From the NCBI GenBank assembly GCA_001773135.1, contig MEVX01000006.1:26515-90514 (forward strand): a stretch of 64,000 bases of DNA. Direction: 5' to 3'. Of the stretch, positions 56,891-64,000 are shown in pieces (positions within the stretch are counted from its first letter, which is position 1; the number at the start of each line of letters is the position of its first letter). Made by a program: the position numbers and the translations under genes. Under the pieces are notes generated by a model, which made no database searches, was not told the DNA's origin, and saw only the letters and a list, made by a program, of their open reading frames with translations. Origin of the DNA: a candidate division WWE3 bacterium RIFOXYB1_FULL_43_24 (lineage in GTDB: Bacteria; Patescibacteriota; WWE3; UBA101185; UBA10185).

Positions 56891-58279
56891 TCACATTTTT
56901 CTTTTAATCTTGAATTTCCCGTCCGGGAGGTCCTCTATTTCATACCCCATCTCTGCAATCTGTTTTCTTGCCACGTCTGCCTTATCCCAAATTCCCGCTT
57001 TCCTGTATTCTGACCTCATTTTTGCCACATCGAGCACTTTCTGGGGTGTGTCATACGCCAGGTGCTCTTCGATCTTCAAACCAAGCACCGAGTCCATTTT
57101 CAGCAAGGTAGTCAGCTTTTCAGGCTCCTCCAACTCGGACTTTAACATCTCCCAAACTACCGCGAGTGCTTCAGGCATATTCAAATCATCGTTTATTTTT
57201 TCACCGAATTTCTTAATATAGTCTTTAGAGGGCTTGATTGCATCTTCCTTCTTGTAACCGCGTGCAAGCTCGTAAAGTCTCCTCAGAGCATTTTGGGCAC
57301 TTTGCAGAGCATCCCAGGTGAAATTCAGCTTGCTTCTATAGTGAGACGACATAAAGAAATATCTCAAAACCATAGGGTCAAAACCTTTTTTCTCAAGGTC
57401 GGCCAGGGTGTACGCATTACCCAAACTCTTCCCCATTCTACCGCCGTCTATCATCATGTGTGCTCCGTGAACCCAATACCTGACGAATTTCTTTCCGGTT
57501 GCAGACTCACTTTGAGCAATTTCGTTTTGGTGGTGTGTCATTCTCAAATCTTCCCCACCGACGTGAATATCTAAAGTATTCCCCAACTCAGCTAATGACA
57601 TTGCAGAACACTCCAAATGCCATCCGGGAAATCCTATTCCCCAAGGTGACGGCCACTCTTGAGAACGCTTAACGTCAATTGGTGAAAATTTCCAAAGCGC
57701 AAAATCAGTGGGGTGTTTTTTTTCAGGGTTGATCTCGACACGGGCACCCTCCATCACATTATCCGTCGTGTAACCAGAAAGTTGACCGTAACTTTCGAAC
57801 TTCGACGTGTCGAAATATACTCCGTCTGACGTCGTATATGTAAAACCCTTATCTTCAAGGATTTTAACCAAACGAATCTGCTCGTCAATATACTCAGTTG
57901 CGCGGGTAAACTTTTCGGGACGAATAAAGTTCATTTTGTCATAGTCTTGTACAAACTTATGGGCGTAAAAGTCAGCGATTTCTAACGCAGTACGCCCTTC
58001 CCTGGAAACAGTTTTCTCCATCCGATCCTCGCCGATATCCGCGTCGCCTAAATTGTCACCCGTCATATGACCTACGTCAGTTAGATTCATTACAAATTTA
58101 ACCCGGTTGTCGTTAAATAACAGAACCCTGTGTATAAAATCGGAAAGTGTATATGTCCTAAAATTACCTATGTGTGCATAGTCGTAAATGGTGGGGCCAC
58201 ATGTATACATGGTTACCATCTCGGTATTTAGAGGGCTGAAATCTTCAACTTTTCTGGTAAGTGAGTTGTATAACTTCAT
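56891..58279 (-). CDS. cysS: Cysteinyl-tRNA synthetase
   Basis: MYTCGPTIYDYAHIGNFRTY holds the HIGN class I motif, and GRMGKSLGN is KMSKS-like. Length is 462 aa. Confidence 0.9.
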   Translation of the reverse strand: MKLYNSLTRKVEDFSPLNTEMVTMYTCGPTIYDYAHIGNFRTYTLSDFIHRVLLFNDNRVKFVMNLTDVGHMTGDNLGDADIGEDRMEKTVSREGRTALEIADFYAHKFVQDYDKMNFIRPEKFTRATEYIDEQIRLVKILEDKGFTYTTSDGVYFDTSKFESYGQLSGYTTDNVMEGARVEINPEKKHPTDFALWKFSPIDVKRSQEWPSPWGIGFPGWHLECSAMSLAELGNTLDIHVGGEDLRMTHHQNEIAQSESATGKKFVRYWVHGAHMMIDGGRMGKSLGNAYTLADLEKKGFDPMVLRYFFMSSHYRSKLNFTWDALQSAQNALRRLYELARGYKKEDAIKPSKDYIKKFGEKINDDLNMPEALAVVWEMLKSELEEPEKLTTLLKMDSVLGLKIEEHLAYDTPQKVLDVAKMRSEYRKAGIWDKADVARKQIAEMGYEIEDLPDGKFKIKRKM

Positions 58280-58342
58280 TGTTTCGATTTTAGCACAACG
58301 AAGAAGAAAAGGAATATTTTGACAAACGAGGGGCGGGGCAGA

Positions 58343-58990
58343 TTATTTAATTTCAAAGCGTCCTTCAAGGGCTCTACCTAAAGTGATGTCGTCCGCGTAC
58401 TCCACATCCCCCCCGACAGGAAGGCCTCTTGCTATACGGCTTATTTTTATCTTGTCTCCGTCCAGATTACGTTCCTTCAGCATCTTAGAAATATACATAG
58501 CCGTGGACTCCCCCTCCATACTCATGTTAGTCGCTATAATAATTTCGACAATTTCCGGATGATCTACATTTTCAAAAGATACCTCCCCGGCTAAATCCTC
58601 CACCCTATCTATAAGTTCTTTAATAAAAATCTCCTCCGGCCCAATGTTATTTAGAGGATCTATGATACCGTGCAAAACGTGGTAAGTTCCTTTGAAACCC
58701 GTTCTTTCCAGTGCGAAAGAGTCCAAGGGGTTTGCTACAACAACTATCATTCTTTTGTCTCTCGAAGGATCTCCGCATACCGAGCAAATGTCAGTTTCCG
58801 ACACATTTTTGCATATAGAGCAGAGTCGGGTTTTTTTCTTAAGATTACTGAGAGCTTCTGCAAAAAGCTCAATGTCTTCTTGTGGAAAATGCAGAAGGTA
58901 GAATGTCAGTCTTTGGGCAGTTTTGGGACCGATCCCGGGCAATCTTTCGAAAGATTCTATTAATCTGGTTAAAGATGGGGGTAATTTCAC
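58343..58990 (-). CDS. recR: Recombination protein RecR
   Basis: The protein begins LIESFERLPGIGPKTAQRLTFYLL (HhH). It has the C4 zinc finger CSICKNVSETDICSVC and a Toprim domain. Confidence 0.9.
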   Translation of the reverse strand: MKLPPSLTRLIESFERLPGIGPKTAQRLTFYLLHFPQEDIELFAEALSNLKKKTRLCSICKNVSETDICSVCGDPSRDKRMIVVVANPLDSFALERTGFKGTYHVLHGIIDPLNNIGPEEIFIKELIDRVEDLAGEVSFENVDHPEIVEIIIATNMSMEGESTAMYISKMLKERNLDGDKIKISRIARGLPVGGDVEYADDITLGRALEGRFEIK

Positions 58991-59002
58991 TTGATCATTC
59001 TA

Positions 59003-60643
59003 TCAAATTAATGGAAGTCCGCCGTCGAATGCTTCAATCACTGAGTCTTTATTAAAAACTACCTGAGCAGGTGCTATGTTAAGGTCTGTCAAATTTCCCG
59101 ACTCGCCGCTTTTCAACTTCTTCGGCTTCTCTTTGCTCAGAATACATTTTATAGAAAGTTGGGTTTCATAAATCTCCGACATCAGTTTTTCTACGAGCTT
59201 TCTATTTTGGGGTGATTCTAGTCGTTCCTTATGAAAGGGATAAAATACTTCGAGTATGACAAACTTACCTTCCACACTTACGGGGGTGCCGGATTTCAAA
59301 AGTGCGGTCAGCGAGTGATTTAATTCCCTGCTTCTTTTTATAAATTCTTTCCATTTTTCTTCTAAAGCTTCTAAAGTTATTAAGGCAACCTTTTTGTCTT
59401 CGACATCGCTCTTTTTGCTCTTCTTCCTCTCAGCTTCTTCGGAAGCATCGCCCGCCCCCTCGCCCCCATCCTCATCTTCCTCTTTTTCATCTTTTGTCAC
59501 TTTTTTACCTACTGAAAAGTTGGGTTTCGGGTACTCAGGAGCTCCCATTACCCCCATACCGCCCCCCTCCGAAAGTAACTCCTCTCCTCCTCCGATTTTA
59601 GCCAGAGCTATCTCAACCGGAAGCTGAGGAATGAAAGATGTCTTAATATTTTTGTGCTCTTCGAGAATAGAGTTCATTGAGTTAAGTATCCAACTTAATG
59701 ACAAACGCGACGCTTGTTTTTCCATTTCCACCAAAAGTTCGGAAGTTGCTCCCGATACTTCTTCTTTCACTCCGGATTTTATAAACAGAAGCTCCCTCAA
59801 ATATCTGAGATATTCTCCCGTCCAAACATACAGGTCTAAACCTTCTTCATATACCTTTGAAACAATTCTTATTGCCGAACCCGGATTTCCGCTCATCAGA
59901 TAGTCGGTTAGCTCTATGTATATTTCTTTAGAACCCATGCCGACCAGGGAGTCAACGCTAATTTCTCCGTCCGAAACCTGCTGTAACAAAGTCTCGGCAT
60001 CCCTGAAACCTCCCATGGAGGCAAGTGCGATCTTCTCCAGATCTTTTTCGGATATTTTTATTTTTTCGCTTTTGGTGATTTCCTTAAGTTTTTCTAATAG
60101 CTGGGGCATCGTAGCTCTTTTAAATCTGTAGACCTGGCATCTGGATTTAATAGTGTCGGGCACTTTATGAAGCTCGGTGGTACAAAGTATAAAAGTGGTC
60201 TTTTTTGGCGGTTCTTCGAGAGTTTTCAACAATGCATTAAAAGCCTCATTCGTAAGCATGTGGACTTCGTCGATTATATAGACCTTGTTCTTGCCCATCG
60301 TCGGTGCCAGCTTTATTTTGTCTTTTATTTCCCTTATGTCGTCAATTCCCCTGTTGCTCGCGGCGTCAATCTCTATCATATCAACAAAAGAACCTTCTTT
60401 AATAGCCACACAGGAAGAACATTTACAGCATGGGTCTCCTTTTGCAGTAACATCGGCACAGTTCATGGCCTTGGCCAAAATCCTGGCTAAAGTTGTTTTT
60501 CCGGTACCACGCGGACCCACAAAAAGGTAGGCGTGGGATGTTTTACCGCTCACTACCTGTTTGGACAGCGCGTCTGCAGCATCGTTCGGTCTGCAAACAT
60601 CGCTGAATTTTTGAGGGCGGTACTTGGTGTAAAACATAAACAT
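59003..60643 (-). CDS. dnaX: DNA polymerase III subunit gamma/tau
   Basis: Walker A is GPRGTGKTT, a zinc module reads CCKCSSCVAI, and the EEPPKKTTFILCTTELHK and SRCQ sensor motifs are present. Length is 546 aa with an acidic/lysine-rich linker. Confidence 0.9.
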   Translation of the reverse strand: MFMFYTKYRPQKFSDVCRPNDAADALSKQVVSGKTSHAYLFVGPRGTGKTTLARILAKAMNCADVTAKGDPCCKCSSCVAIKEGSFVDMIEIDAASNRGIDDIREIKDKIKLAPTMGKNKVYIIDEVHMLTNEAFNALLKTLEEPPKKTTFILCTTELHKVPDTIKSRCQVYRFKRATMPQLLEKLKEITKSEKIKISEKDLEKIALASMGGFRDAETLLQQVSDGEISVDSLVGMGSKEIYIELTDYLMSGNPGSAIRIVSKVYEEGLDLYVWTGEYLRYLRELLFIKSGVKEEVSGATSELLVEMEKQASRLSLSWILNSMNSILEEHKNIKTSFIPQLPVEIALAKIGGGEELLSEGGGMGVMGAPEYPKPNFSVGKKVTKDEKEEDEDGGEGAGDASEEAERKKSKKSDVEDKKVALITLEALEEKWKEFIKRSRELNHSLTALLKSGTPVSVEGKFVILEVFYPFHKERLESPQNRKLVEKLMSEIYETQLSIKCILSKEKPKKLKSGESGNLTDLNIAPAQVVFNKDSVIEAFDGGLPLI

Positions 60644-60827
60644 AATAACTGTATTACAACACCCCCATCGGATACAACCAACCTGTGTTGGTACAACTCG
60701 TTAAGTACTCATATTTCCCGTAATATTATTATCTTAAGGACGACTTTTCGTTGTAACGGCGCTAATTATATTTATCCGAAAACGTATTCAAAAAATGCAG
60801 TAGGGGTAAGGAAAATGGAGTTTCGTA

Positions 60828-61337
60828 TCAGACAAAATTCCCAAAAAGTGCTAAGCTCATTTTTTTAATTTCTCCCAGTTCCTCTGAAGAAAAATCATTT
60901 AAAACAAAGTCGTCTACGGGCACTCCCGACCCGGCAAAAGGCCTGCCTACGCCTATCCGGATTCGTTTAAAATCTTTGGACCCGAGAGAATCCATTATGC
61001 TCATAACACCTTTGTGGCCCGCGTGTCCTGCCCCGACCTGTTCTTTTTTCTGACCGAACAACAAGTCGACATCGTCGTGCACCACACATATATCGCCTAA
61101 TTCGACACCGAAATACTCTTTTACCAGGCTCACCGCTTCTCCGGACTTGTTCATGAAAGTTGCGGGTTTAACAAAAAGGAAGTCTCCCGTTTTACAAATA
61201 TCCGATTTTAATTTAGGGGATTTTTCCCAGGATAGTCCTTTATCGGCAACAATCTCGTCCAGAATTATAAATCCTGTATTATGGCGGGTTTTTGAATACT
61301 TTTTATCGGGGTTACCCAAACCCACTATCATTTTCAT
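60828..61337 (-). CDS. pth: Peptidyl-tRNA hydrolase
   Basis: The protein begins MKMIVGLGNPDKKYSKTRHNTGF with a catalytic His. Length is 169 aa. Confidence 0.9.
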   Translation of the reverse strand: MKMIVGLGNPDKKYSKTRHNTGFIILDEIVADKGLSWEKSPKLKSDICKTGDFLFVKPATFMNKSGEAVSLVKEYFGVELGDICVVHDDVDLLFGQKKEQVGAGHAGHKGVMSIMDSLGSKDFKRIRIGVGRPFAGSGVPVDDFVLNDFSSEELGEIKKMSLALFGNFV

Positions 61338-61690
61338 AGCTCGGTGTCCTTTTTTACAGGCTTACCATGTACAGAGTGCCCGTCATCGTCGTGATGGTGC
61401 ACCCCCAATAAATGGAGAACACCGTGAGCTACGAGCTCCGCTATCTCTGTCTCAACGTCGTTCCCGTAGTTGGCGGCCTGTCTTAAAGCCTGTTCCTTAT
61501 TTACTACCACATCGCCGAGATAGTAGGCTCCGTCTTCTTGTTTCTCATTTATTGAAAAGGACAGGACGTCGGTAGTGGTATCCCTATCCAAGTACTCTTT
61601 ATTAAGTTCCTGAACTGCCTTATCTCCTGTAATGGTAACGGAAATGACAATGTCATCCATTTTTAATTGCTTGGGTAGATTATTTTTCAT
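61334..61690 (-). CDS. ybeY: Endoribonuclease YbeY (rRNA maturation factor)
   Basis: HGVLHLLGVHHHDD is the H..LHL.G.DH zinc-binding motif. Length is 118 aa. It overlaps pth as ATGA. Confidence 0.8.
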   Translation of the reverse strand: MKNNLPKQLKMDDIVISVTITGDKAVQELNKEYLDRDTTTDVLSFSINEKQEDGAYYLGDVVVNKEQALRQAANYGNDVETEIAELVAHGVLHLLGVHHHDDDGHSVHGKPVKKDTEL

Positions 61691-62026
61691 CTACTTCTGG
61701 TACTGAGGAGGAATTTTACCCGGCTGTTCGAGCTCAAAAGGAAACATTTTGGCGAGTTCTTCATATACAGCCAGTTCTTTCTGCTCTTTTTCTACAAGAT
61801 CCATTCTTCCGCCTTTTTCAAACAGCTCCGCAGCTTCTTTTCTATTTTTAATCTGTTTTCTGATAACCTTGAAAACGTCCTCGTCGGTCAAAGGCTTTTG
61901 CTGCGCTCTTAGTTCTATCTCCTTGTTCTGAACCTGAGAAATGAAATATCTCAACACACCGAGCTTAAAACTATCGCCGGACTTTTGCAGCTCGAAAACC
62001 ATGCTTTTTAGACTATCGTAGATCAT
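61691..62026 (-). CDS. GatB/YqeY-domain protein
   Basis: A 111 aa helical protein matching the YqeY pattern (LRYFISQVQNKEIELR...LTDEDVFKVIRKQIKNRKEAAELFEKGGRMDLVEKE). It sits between rpsU and ybeY. Confidence 0.6.
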   Translation of the reverse strand: MIYDSLKSMVFELQKSGDSFKLGVLRYFISQVQNKEIELRAQQKPLTDEDVFKVIRKQIKNRKEAAELFEKGGRMDLVEKEQKELAVYEELAKMFPFELEQPGKIPPQYQK

Positions 62027-62214
62027 CCTCTAAGTTTCTCAAATTTAAATTTTCTTTCAAGTTCCTTGGATTTCTGTCTCTTAAGCTCACTGGGTTTTCT
62101 GTAGTGAGACCTGTCTTTTACTTCGTCAAGGATACCGGATCTTTGTACTTCTCTATTGAACCTTCTTAAGGCTTGCTCCAAAGATTCACCGTTCCTTATT
62201 TTTATTTTTGTCAT
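62023..62214 (-). CDS. rpsU: 30S ribosomal protein S21
   Basis: MTKIKIRNGESLEQALRRFNREVQRSGILDEVKDRSHYRKPSELKRQK is the canonical S21 sequence. Confidence 0.9.
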   Translation of the reverse strand: MTKIKIRNGESLEQALRRFNREVQRSGILDEVKDRSHYRKPSELKRQKSKELERKFKFEKLRG

Positions 62215-62521
62215 TGTAATGAGCAGTTATAATCAATTAGTGCTAATTAATGTAGACTGCTAGTCAGTAGACACCTCCAAACGCTTTATATTAAATAAAA
62301 ACCTACTTCTGTACTTATGCACAATTCTGGCATGTTGCTTTCTCTTTTGTTAACCGTTTAGCAAAGAGATCGCGCGAAGCTGTACGATTCTACCAGATAC
62401 TTACGACAGTTTCTAGTATATTACCTATGTCAAATTTTTACTATTAGGATGTACCTGAGAAACGTCTAGAATACAACTTAAAAGACGGGGCTTCTAACTC
62501 TTGTAGCTATAATGATAATTA

Positions 62522-63667
62522 CTACCTAGTTACATCCCGGATTGTAATAAGTATCAAAAAAGCCAGCAGAAAAAACATTCCGAGTCTGTGAAAAGCTGCT
62601 TCCATTTTAGGATTCGGCTTCTTGCGGGTTACTCCCTCAAAGAGCACAAAAACTACCCTACCGCCGTCCAACGCCGGAAAAGGCAGTATGTTTACAATTG
62701 CTAAACTTAATGACATGAGCGCGGTGTAATCGAGCAAAGTCAACCATGCGTTAGGGCCGCCGTATTTCAAAACCATATCGACCAGATTATAAATTCCCAC
62801 CGGTCCGGACACACTTTCGGAAACAGGAGAGATGTCTTTTGTTTTAAACGAAACTGAGATCATCTGACCTAAAGTGTTCAGAGAGTACCCCATCACGTTG
62901 TATGAGTGGTAGAAACCCACAAAAACCCTATCAAGAGGCTTTTTATACGAAATAGATACGGACTCCCCCAAATAAACACCTATGATAGGTTTTCCACTTT
63001 CGTCTTTTGTGGGGGAAATCTGAACATCCCGAATTTTTGTGTAACTTGTATCTTTTAAATCCGTCAGGGTAAGCTGCACCGGCTCCCCTCCGTATTCGCC
63101 TAACACATCCTTAAATTGCTTGATATCAGTAACGCCTTTTCCGTTTACCGCAATTATTGCTTCACCTAAGGTTAGCCCCGCTTTTTCAGCAGACGACCCG
63201 GGTTGAATGCCTGAAATAACTGTTCCGATTTTTGTGGTCTCCCCAAACTTAAAATCATAATCAAAAATCAAAGGCATTTGGAAAGTTTTAAAACCATTCA
63301 CAAACATGAAGAAATAAAAAATAGTGACAGCTAGAACTACATTCATAAAAACCCCTGCGGTCAGTATTATTCCGCGCTGTAGTGGTGTTTTCGCTGCGAA
63401 GCTTTTAGGATCCTGCTTACCATTTTTTCCCTTGGCATCGGCACCTTCTCCTGAATCTTCACCCGTAAGTTTCACAAAACCTCCGAAAGGCAGCAGATTT
63501 ATAGAATAAACTGTCTCCCCAAACTTCTTCCCTACTATCCGTGGGGGAAGCCCCCACCCAAACTCCTCTACTCTGACACCGCAGGCTTTTGCGGCCACAA
63601 AATGCCCTAATTCATGGATTAAGACCAATACCGAGAGTATTAATAAAAAGATTATTAGCGTTGTCAC
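62522..63667 (-). CDS. rseP: RIP metalloprotease RseP (site-2 protease, M50)
   Basis: HELGHFVAAK (HExxH) is in TM1, a PDZ domain follows, and LDGG is the LDG motif. Length is 381 aa. Confidence 0.85.
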   Translation of the reverse strand: MTTLIIFLLILSVLVLIHELGHFVAAKACGVRVEEFGWGLPPRIVGKKFGETVYSINLLPFGGFVKLTGEDSGEGADAKGKNGKQDPKSFAAKTPLQRGIILTAGVFMNVVLAVTIFYFFMFVNGFKTFQMPLIFDYDFKFGETTKIGTVISGIQPGSSAEKAGLTLGEAIIAVNGKGVTDIKQFKDVLGEYGGEPVQLTLTDLKDTSYTKIRDVQISPTKDESGKPIIGVYLGESVSISYKKPLDRVFVGFYHSYNVMGYSLNTLGQMISVSFKTKDISPVSESVSGPVGIYNLVDMVLKYGGPNAWLTLLDYTALMSLSLAIVNILPFPALDGGRVVFVLFEGVTRKKPNPKMEAAFHRLGMFFLLAFLILITIRDVTR

Positions 63668-63685
63668 GATAAATAATTCAAAACC

Positions 63686-64000
63686 TTAAACTGATAAAAT
63701 TTCGGACCTTTTTGTTTCACTTATTTCTTCCACACCATCTATAAACTCCCTGACTATCTTTTCCGTTTCTTCTTTGAGACGGAATTTTTCGTCTTCTCCG
63801 ATACTTTTATCGGAAAACATCTTTTCGATATCCTTCATAGCTTCCTGTCTTATATTGCGTATTGCGTTTTTACTTTCCTCCGCCTTGACCCCCACCATCT
63901 TTGCTAACTCCTTGCGCCTTTCCTCTGTAAGAGAAGGTACGGGCACTCTTATCCTATCACTTTCCTCGATTGGGGTAAGGCTCGCCTGATTTTCTCTGAT
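63686..64000 (-). CDS. frr: Ribosome recycling factor, C-terminal part (5' end lies outside the window)
   Basis: ...RIPVPSLTEERRKELAKMVGVKAEESKNAIRNIRQEAMKDIEKM matches the RRF C-terminal half. The frame is open to the window edge. Confidence 0.8.
   Translation of the reverse strand: MRENQASLTPIEESDRIRVPVPSLTEERRKELAKMVGVKAEESKNAIRNIRQEAMKDIEKMFSDKSIGEDEKFRLKEETEKIVREFIDGVEEISETKRSEILSV

Noticed and set aside
57711-57726. T9/A9 homopolymer inside cysS as a phase-variation site
   Set aside because: It encodes Lys-Lys in frame (PEKKHP) within an essential gene. The run is short and there is no evidence of variability.
59003-60643. An A-AAA-AAG slippery heptamer in frame in dnaX (codons CCA AAA AAG in EEPPKKTTF, about 60185-60200 on the minus strand), resembling the E. 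coli dnaX programmed -1 frameshift site
   Set aside because: It lies at about residue 147, inside the conserved clamp-loader motif, and not after domain III. A shift there would truncate the ATPase. No downstream stem-loop was evident. It is most likely a coincidental Lys-Lys codon pair.
1-64000. CRISPR arrays, transposases or IS elements, reverse transcriptase or DGR, toxin-antitoxin pairs
   Set aside because: No regularly spaced 25 to 40 bp direct repeats, no DDE or HTH transposase-like ORFs, no RT motifs (YxDD) and no obvious small paired ORFs were seen. The Xer gene has canonical chromosomal XerC/XerD architecture, not a phage integrase.

Overview
This is a 64 kb chromosomal window of about 42% GC, densely coding and made up mostly of housekeeping genes. 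Several proteins look shortened: HolB-like delta-prime (214 aa), YebC (181 aa), RF1 (311 aa), and an IMPDH-family protein with no CBS domain. Several ribosomal proteins carry low-complexity tails. A complete type IV pilus system is present with no secretin gene. Together these fit a small-genome monoderm-like lineage such as Patescibacteria/CPR or a reduced Firmicute-like organism; that is inference from gene content only.

The left third of the window (1.7-20.3 kb, all on the minus strand) is a type IV pilus super-locus. It contains pilB, pilT, pilC, pilA and pilD, then a divergent CheY-like receiver with a GAF histidine kinase, then two small exported proteins, then a 723 aa cysteine-rich FN3-containing secreted protein. 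Next to these is a block of seven prepilin-type proteins, including two PilX-like paralogs, followed by pilM, pilN and pilO.

The middle of the window carries holB-like, gyrB, the H+-pyrophosphatase gene hppA (inserted between gyrB and gyrA), gyrA, rnhB, an IMPDH-family gene and a single Xer recombinase. Beside the Xer gene is an 850 bp AT-rich noncoding island. It holds a 28 bp dif-like palindrome (11 bp arm, 6 bp centre, 11 bp arm), one perfect DnaA box, and a cluster of ATGACAA-CGT repeats. Genes converge on this island, which suggests a replication terminus.

To the right lie ruvC, yebC, and a three-gene membrane operon: a degenerate LCP-like protein, an 891 aa FtsK/HerA/VirB4-superfamily ATPase, and a protein with a lysine-rich tail. 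Beyond that are rluD, an apparently truncated lspA, an ORF fusing a polytopic membrane domain to a DksA/TraR zinc finger, efp, tRNA-Leu(CAA) and dnaB. Further right are an MBL hydrolase, an EamA transporter, rpmE, prfA, htrA and ctpA. Two unknown 333 aa proteins follow, then rpsR-ssb-rpsF, ychF, a 643 aa secreted CBM-like protein, cysS, recR, dnaX, pth, ybeY, rpsU, rseP and the 3' part of frr.

No CRISPR array, transposase or reverse transcriptase was seen. The most unusual items are a promoter-overlapping A8G10 homopolymer tract upstream of a lipoprotein gene, the dif-like site, the LCP-like/ATPase/Lys-tail operon, and the cysteine-rich putative pilus adhesin. No similarity search could be run, so every product name rests on motifs recognised by eye.
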